Assembly: GCA_965263165.1 (NCBI GenBank) | Contig: OZ253584.1 | Span: 1,013,785 to 1,077,784, forward strand | Source: Dehalococcoidia bacterium | Lineage (GTDB): Bacteria > Chloroflexota > Dehalococcoidia > Lucifugimonadales > SAR202-VII-2 | Direction of reading: 5' to 3' | Length of the DNA: 64,000 bases | Shown: in pieces, positions 58,704-64,000 of the stretch | Position numbering within the stretch: position 1 is the first letter of the stretch | Layout: the number at the start of each line of letters is the position of its first letter | Program-made: the position numbers and the translations under genes | Notes under the pieces: model-generated | What the model was told of the DNA's origin: nothing | Database searches by the model: none | The model's input: only the letters and a program-made list of their open reading frames with translations

Positions 58704-61049
58704 ATGACTACCAGAATCTTCGGTTCAGGCATCCGCCGGCGGGAAGACCCCAGGCTGATTACCGGCCAGGCTACCTATACCCATGACATCAAGCTGACAG
58801 GGATGGTCCACGCCGCCATCCTCCGCAGCCCCCACGCTCACGCCCGCATCAACAGCATCGACGCGAGCGCGGCCCGGCAGGCTCCCGGCGTCGTGGCCGT
58901 CTACACCGGCGCAGACATCGCAGGGGTCCTCAACCCAATCCCCTGCGCCTGGGCCATACCCGATTCCGACCTCAAGGCCGTTCCCTATAACGCCCTCGCT
59001 CAAGACGTGGTGCGCTATGTTGGCGACGCAGTGGCCGTGGTCGTGGCGGAGGACCGCTATCAAGCCGAGGATGCCCTGGAGCTTATCGCCGTCGATTACT
59101 CTCCTCTGCAGGCCATTGTGAACCCGGAAGCCGCCATCCAGGACGGCGCGCCCCAGCTCCACGAGGACGCTCCCAACAACCAGGCCTTCCACTGGGTGGC
59201 CGCCGGCGGCGACACCGACGCAGCATTTAGGGCCGCCGCTGTCGTGGTCTCCGACACGATCATCCAGCAGAAGCTGATTCCCAACGCCATGGAGCCCCGG
59301 TCCGCCGTGGCCAGCTATCAGTCGGCCATGGGCGAGCTGACCCTCTGGAACACGACGCAGAACCCCCACATCGCCCGTTTCGTAACCAGTCTGGTCACGG
59401 GACTTCCCGAGCATAAGATTCGAGTCATTGCTCCTGAAGTTGGCGGAGGGTTCGGCAGCAAGATTGCCGTTTACCCCTGGGAGATGCTGGCCGTTTTCTG
59501 CTCCATGAAGCTGGGCCGTCCGGTCAAGTGGACCGAGACCCGAACGGAAAACTTCGTGGCCACCACCCATGGCCGGGACCACATCGAGCATGTGGAGATG
59601 GCCGCCACGCGGGACGGGAGAATAACCGGAGTCCGCAGCCTGGTGTATGCCGGCATGGGCGCCTATCTGTCCACCGCCGGCCCCGGCATCCCAACAATCC
59701 TCCACGGGCTGATGTACTCCGGTCCCTATGACATCCCCAACATCAAGGCCGACATCTATGGCGTTTTTACCAACACGACCCCGGTCGAGGCTTACCGGGG
59801 CGCGGGCCGTCCCGAGGCCACCTTCCTACTAGAGCGGCTAGTGGAATTGCTGGCCCGGGAGCTTAACTTGGACCCGGTGGAGGTGCGCCGCCGCAACCTG
59901 ATTCCCAAGTTTGACAACGGCCACGACACCGCCATCGGTCTGACCTATGACAGCGGCGATTACGAGGGCGCCCTGGACGCTGCGCTCGCAAAGGCCAACT
60001 ATGACGGTCTCCGCGCCGAGCAACAGAGCGAACGGGAAAACGGCCGGTACATGGGGATCGGCGTCACCACCTACTGCGAGATCTGTGGCCTTGGCCCCTC
60101 GCAGGTGGCCGGGGCAGTCGGGTTTGGCGGCGGCTTGTGGGAGAGCGCCACCGTGCGCTTCTACGCCACCGGCAAGGTCCACGTTTTTATCGGCGCGTCA
60201 CCCCACGGTCAGGGCGAGGAAACCACCTTTGCCCAAATAGTCTCCGACGAAATTGGAGTACCCGTGGAGGACGTTGAGATTATCCACGGCGATACCGGCA
60301 ACACTCCCATGGGCTGGGGCACCTACGGCAGCCGCACCACCGTCGTGGGAGGCGGCGCCTTGGCGCTAAGCGTCCGCAAGATTAGGGACAAGGCCAAGAC
60401 AATTGCCGCCCATCTGCTAGAGGCTGCCGAAGCCGACATGGAGTACGAAGATGGCAAGTTCTTCGTTCGTGGGTCGCCCGACCAGAGCAAGACCATACAG
60501 GACGTGGCGTTGATGGCCAACGTGGCCTGGAACATGCCCGAGGGAGTGGAGCCGGGGTTGGAGGCAACCACCTATTACGATCCGCCCAACTTCAGCTATC
60601 CCTTCGGCGCTCACATAGCTGTGGTCACCGTCGACCCGGAGGACGGCCGCATCGAATTGGTGCGTTACGTCGCCGTCGACGACTGCGGCCCTCAGATTAA
60701 CCCCGTGATTGTGGAAGGGCAGATTCACGGCGGCGTCGTTCAGGGACTCGGCCAAGCCCTTTGGGAAGGCGCGATCTACGACGACAACGGCCAACTCCTC
60801 ACCGGTTCCATGTTGGACTACGCTCTCCCCCGCGCGCATATGATGCCCGACATGGAACTCTCTTCCACGGTCACTCCGTCGCCTACCAATCCCCTGGGCG
60901 TCAAGGGCATTGGCGAGACCGGCACCATCGCCTCCACCGCCACCGTTTATAGCGCCGTACTTGATGCCCTGCGGCCCTTGGGTGTCACAAAGTTGGACAT
61001 GCCCCTGACCCAGGAACGGGTCTGGCGGGCCATCCACGAGCAAGGGTAG
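58704..61049 (+). CDS. coxL: Molybdopterin large subunit, form II CoxL-like
   Basis: RREDPRLITG, VGGGFGSK, active-site loop AYRGAGR (form II), QIHGGVVQG, KGIGETG. Confidence 0.93.
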   Translation: MTTRIFGSGIRRREDPRLITGQATYTHDIKLTGMVHAAILRSPHAHARINSIDASAARQAPGVVAVYTGADIAGVLNPIPCAWAIPDSDLKAVPYNALAQDVVRYVGDAVAVVVAEDRYQAEDALELIAVDYSPLQAIVNPEAAIQDGAPQLHEDAPNNQAFHWVAAGGDTDAAFRAAAVVVSDTIIQQKLIPNAMEPRSAVASYQSAMGELTLWNTTQNPHIARFVTSLVTGLPEHKIRVIAPEVGGGFGSKIAVYPWEMLAVFCSMKLGRPVKWTETRTENFVATTHGRDHIEHVEMAATRDGRITGVRSLVYAGMGAYLSTAGPGIPTILHGLMYSGPYDIPNIKADIYGVFTNTTPVEAYRGAGRPEATFLLERLVELLARELNLDPVEVRRRNLIPKFDNGHDTAIGLTYDSGDYEGALDAALAKANYDGLRAEQQSERENGRYMGIGVTTYCEICGLGPSQVAGAVGFGGGLWESATVRFYATGKVHVFIGASPHGQGEETTFAQIVSDEIGVPVEDVEIIHGDTGNTPMGWGTYGSRTTVVGGGALALSVRKIRDKAKTIAAHLLEAAEADMEYEDGKFFVRGSPDQSKTIQDVALMANVAWNMPEGVEPGLEATTYYDPPNFSYPFGAHIAVVTVDPEDGRIELVRYVAVDDCGPQINPVIVEGQIHGGVVQGLGQALWEGAIYDDNGQLLTGSMLDYALPRAHMMPDMELSSTVTPSPTNPLGVKGIGETGTIASTATVYSAVLDALRPLGVTKLDMPLTQERVWRAIHEQG

Positions 61050-61060
61050 GGAGGTAATCG

Positions 61061-61966
61061 ATGTTTGCAGCAGAGTTCAACTATCACAAAGCCAGCTCTG
61101 TGGCTGAGGCCATCCAGATGCTGGAATCTGACCCCGACGCCAAGCTGCTGGCAGGTGGCCATAGCCTGATTCCCCTGATGAAATTGCGGTTGGCCCGCCC
61201 GTCAGCGGTAATCGACATCGGCGGCGTTGAGGCCCTCAAGGGCATCAGCGTCAATGACGGCGTCATCCGCATCGGCGCGCTGGCCACTCACGGGGAAATC
61301 GCCTCCTCCCACGAAGTGCGCGATGGCAATGCCCTGGCGGCGGAAGTGGCTGGGGTCATCGGCGACCCCCAGGTGCGCAACAGGGGCACTATCGGCGGCA
61401 ACATTGCCCACGCTGACCCCGCCAGCGATTGGGGAACGGTCTTGACCGCCTTGGATGCAACCATCGAAGTGCAGGGGCCCGGCGGAAGCCGCAGCGTGGC
61501 CGTGAGCGATTTCTTCCAGGGGGCCTTCGCCACGGCGTTGGCGGCTAACGAGGTGGTGACTGCGGTGCGAGTCCCGGTTTTGTCCCGACACGAGCACAAC
61601 GGCGGTCTTGGCCACGATGTCGCCAACACCCATGGAGACCTAGGCGAATACGCCAAGATGTCCCACCCGGCCTCCTTCTACCCCGTTGTTGGCGGCGCAG
61701 TGGTCATCTCCGTCCAGGACGGACGCTGCACGGCGGCCAAGGTAGCCGTGGGCGGTCTGACGCCTTCACCGGTCCGCTCTCCCTCGGTGGAGCAGGCCTT
61801 GGTGGGGCAGGAACTTACCGTGGCCAACATAGCTGCCGCCGTCGGCCACCTCCGCGACGACCTAGGCAGCGACATCATCGGCGACCTCTATGCCTCCGCC
61901 GAGTTCCGCAGCCGGATGGCTCCCGTGGAGGTTAGACGCGCCCTGTGCCGCGCCATTGGCCTATAG
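61061..61966 (+). CDS. coxM: FAD-binding medium subunit
   Basis: AGGHSLIP, QVRNRGTIGGN, HADPASD; His-rich insertion before the C-terminal domain. Confidence 0.93.
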   Translation: MFAAEFNYHKASSVAEAIQMLESDPDAKLLAGGHSLIPLMKLRLARPSAVIDIGGVEALKGISVNDGVIRIGALATHGEIASSHEVRDGNALAAEVAGVIGDPQVRNRGTIGGNIAHADPASDWGTVLTALDATIEVQGPGGSRSVAVSDFFQGAFATALAANEVVTAVRVPVLSRHEHNGGLGHDVANTHGDLGEYAKMSHPASFYPVVGGAVVISVQDGRCTAAKVAVGGLTPSPVRSPSVEQALVGQELTVANIAAAVGHLRDDLGSDIIGDLYASAEFRSRMAPVEVRRALCRAIGL

Positions 61967-62109
61967 CTAGCCAGTCCGCCTTTGTCTAAAGATGGGGGCC
62001 GCCGGGAACTGCGGCGGCCCTCCCTCTGTACATTCGGTTTTGCGCTGGGCGCCGCCGGTTGTTACGATGCCTCCGTCGCTCCTCAATCCGGCTCGCGGGA
62101 GAGCCCATC

Positions 62110-63054
62110 TTGGCCACCACCGTCAACCTTCCCGAGACCATCGACGACGTTCAAGGCCTGCTGCGGGACCAGCTCTACATTGCCGACCGGGGGCTTGCTG
62201 TAGCCATTCTCTTGGCTTTGAAGCTCCAACGTCCCCTCTTTCTGGAGGGCGAGGCGGGAGTGGGCAAGACCGAAATCGCCCGGGCCTTGTCTTCTGGGTT
62301 GGACACCGAACTGATTCGCTTGCAATGCTACGAAGGGTTGGACATCAACCACGCTGTCTACGAGTGGAATCACGCCCGCCAGCTGCTGGAAATACGCCTG
62401 ATGGAGGCTGGCGGAGCGGTCGACCGGGCTTCGGCAACCGACGACCTGTTCAGCGAACGATTCCTCATTAAGCGCCCTCTCCTCCAGGCCATCGACCCGG
62501 CGCGCGACCGTTCCCCCGTGCTGTTGATCGACGAGTTGGACCGGGCTGACGAGGAGTTCGAGGGGTTCCTCTTGGAGCTCCTAGCCGACTTTCAGATAAC
62601 CATCCCTGAATTGGGCGCTTTGCAGGCCGTCCACCCTCCCGTGGTAATCATTACCTCCAACCGCACCCGGGAGATTCACGACGCTCTCAAGCGCCGCTGC
62701 CTGTACTACTGGGTGGATTACCCCGACTTCCAGAAGGAGCTTCAGATCGTCACCACCCGCCTGCCCGATGCCCCTCATCGGCTGGCCTTGCAGGTCACCA
62801 GCTTCATACAGGAGCTACGGGAGACCGAGCTATATAAGATCCCCGGCGTCTCCGAAACCATCGACTGGACATCCGCTTTGCTGGCCCTCAACCAGACGGA
62901 GCTGGACTCCCAAGTCATAGACGACACCCTGGGCATCGTGCTCAAGTACCAGGACGACATCGAGATGGTGCGGGGTGAGCCGGTGCGGGCCATGCTCGAA
63001 CGCTCTCAGCTTCGCGGCCCGCGGCGGGGCGGTCGCGGTGGGGGTGGGCCGTAA
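62110..63054 (+). CDS. coxD: CoxD/MoxR-type AAA+ ATPase (start approximate, TTG)
   Basis: LEGEAGVGKT, RLQCYEG, LLIDELDRAD, TSNRTRE...LKRRC. Confidence 0.92.
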   Translation: MATTVNLPETIDDVQGLLRDQLYIADRGLAVAILLALKLQRPLFLEGEAGVGKTEIARALSSGLDTELIRLQCYEGLDINHAVYEWNHARQLLEIRLMEAGGAVDRASATDDLFSERFLIKRPLLQAIDPARDRSPVLLIDELDRADEEFEGFLLELLADFQITIPELGALQAVHPPVVIITSNRTREIHDALKRRCLYYWVDYPDFQKELQIVTTRLPDAPHRLALQVTSFIQELRETELYKIPGVSETIDWTSALLALNQTELDSQVIDDTLGIVLKYQDDIEMVRGEPVRAMLERSQLRGPRRGGRGGGGP

Positions 63055-63110
63055 AGGGTTCAAACGACATTGCCACCGGCGGCTCCAGCGGCCATATCCT
63101 CCGCAACCTG

Positions 63111-64000
63111 ATGATGTTCGGCGAAGTCCTCCGTCGGCTCGGGCTGGGTTTTGGCTCCGGCAACATGCTGGAATTGGTGCGGGCGACCCAGCATATTCCC
63201 ATGAGCCGCCGCCAGGACTTCCAGCAGGCCGCCCGCAGCCTGTTGGTGTACCGCAAATCTGACCTGCCTCTTTTCGACGAGGCATTCAGAGTCTTTTGGC
63301 GTCGGCCGGCCCACGGCGCCAGCCTCCGCGAGCTGCGGTCCATGGGTGAAGAGCGCCGTTACCGCCCGCCCCGTATCGGCCCCCCCGACGGAGCGGATGG
63401 CGGTGGCCCCCCCGGCTCCTCGGACGCACAGCCGATGGTGGCGATGAACGGCGCCAGCAGCGCCCAGGAGGTGCTGCGGGCCAAGGACTTCGCCCAATAC
63501 TCCCCGGCGGAAATCGCCCAGGCCAAGCGCTTGATGTCCGAGCTTTCCTGGAGCCCGGGGTGTCGCAGCACCCGAAGATTTACCCCCGGCTCCGGTGATG
63601 GTTTGGACCTGCGGCGTTCCTTGCGCGGCAGCCTGAGATATGGCGGCGAGCTGCTCGACCTGGCTCACGTGCAGGCCAAGTCCAAACAACGCAACCTGAT
63701 CCTCATTTGCGACATCAGCGGCTCAATGGAGCGGTACACCCGTATGCTGCTTCACTTCATCCATACCGTCGCCGCCGACCTGGGACGGGTGGAGGCCTTC
63801 CTCTTCGCCACCCGTCTGACCCGCATCACCCGCCACCTTCGCTATCGGAACGTGGACCAGTCGGTCACTGAGGTCTCCGGGGCCGTCCCCGATTGGGCCG
63901 GGGGCACCCGCATTGGCGAGACTCTGAAGACCTTTAACTATCAATGGGGCCGCCGCGTTCTACGGAGTAGTTCCGTAGTCCTCATTGTCTCAGATGGCTG
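63111..64000 (+). CDS. coxE: CoxE-like VWA protein, partial; runs off the right edge, start uncertain
   Basis: Hand translation: FDEAFRVFW...LDLRRSLR...LILICDISGSMERY...VEAFLFATRLTRIT...DWAGGTRIGE...VLIVSDG (MIDAS DxSGS). Confidence 0.9.
   Translation, partial: MMFGEVLRRLGLGFGSGNMLELVRATQHIPMSRRQDFQQAARSLLVYRKSDLPLFDEAFRVFWRRPAHGASLRELRSMGEERRYRPPRIGPPDGADGGGPPGSSDAQPMVAMNGASSAQEVLRAKDFAQYSPAEIAQAKRLMSELSWSPGCRSTRRFTPGSGDGLDLRRSLRGSLRYGGELLDLAHVQAKSKQRNLILICDISGSMERYTRMLLHFIHTVAADLGRVEAFLFATRLTRITRHLRYRNVDQSVTEVSGAVPDWAGGTRIGETLKTFNYQWGRRVLRSSSVVLIVSDG

Noticed and set aside
58704-61049. Bona fide aerobic CO dehydrogenase (form I)
   Set aside because: The active-site loop is AYRGAGR, not AYRCSFR, and the gene order is S-L-M.

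Overview
This is a GC-rich bacterial window. Its gene content (hydantoinase/oxoprolinase and amidohydrolase expansions, form II cox cluster, Pro/Thr-stalk lipoproteins) resembles Chloroflexota of the Dehalococcoidia/SAR202 type; that assignment is an inference. It has four parts. (1) 1-6.6 kb: housekeeping genes, a MetE-core/OsmC/rhodanese operon, and an intact IS5 sitting in the centre of a palindrome. (2) 6.7-30.6 kb: a mostly co-directional catabolic locus with six hydantoinase-B-like and two hydantoinase-A-like genes, amidohydrolases, a class IV aminotransferase and an ABC importer. One B subunit carries a fused acetone-carboxylase-gamma-like domain and another lacks its metal-binding histidines. 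(3) 30.8-51.5 kb: a ~20.7 kb island integrated in tRNA-Ala(GGC), bounded by a 16-bp att direct repeat, with an intact tyrosine integrase. It holds a recurrent ~70-bp non-coding motif hit by both IS481 and IS1380, lipoprotein cargo, RNase D, and a Type I R-M operon. That operon contains a BstXI-like Type II endonuclease with no dedicated methylase, an HsdS with two homologous TRDs, and hicAB. (4) 52-64 kb: a TIR-domain gene and a PLD-nuclease gene, an aldo/keto reductase, and a form II coxG/SLMDE cluster. The best candidate for an undescribed system is the hybrid Type I / BstXI-like R-M module. All family assignments come from motifs and remembered sequences; no database search was run.
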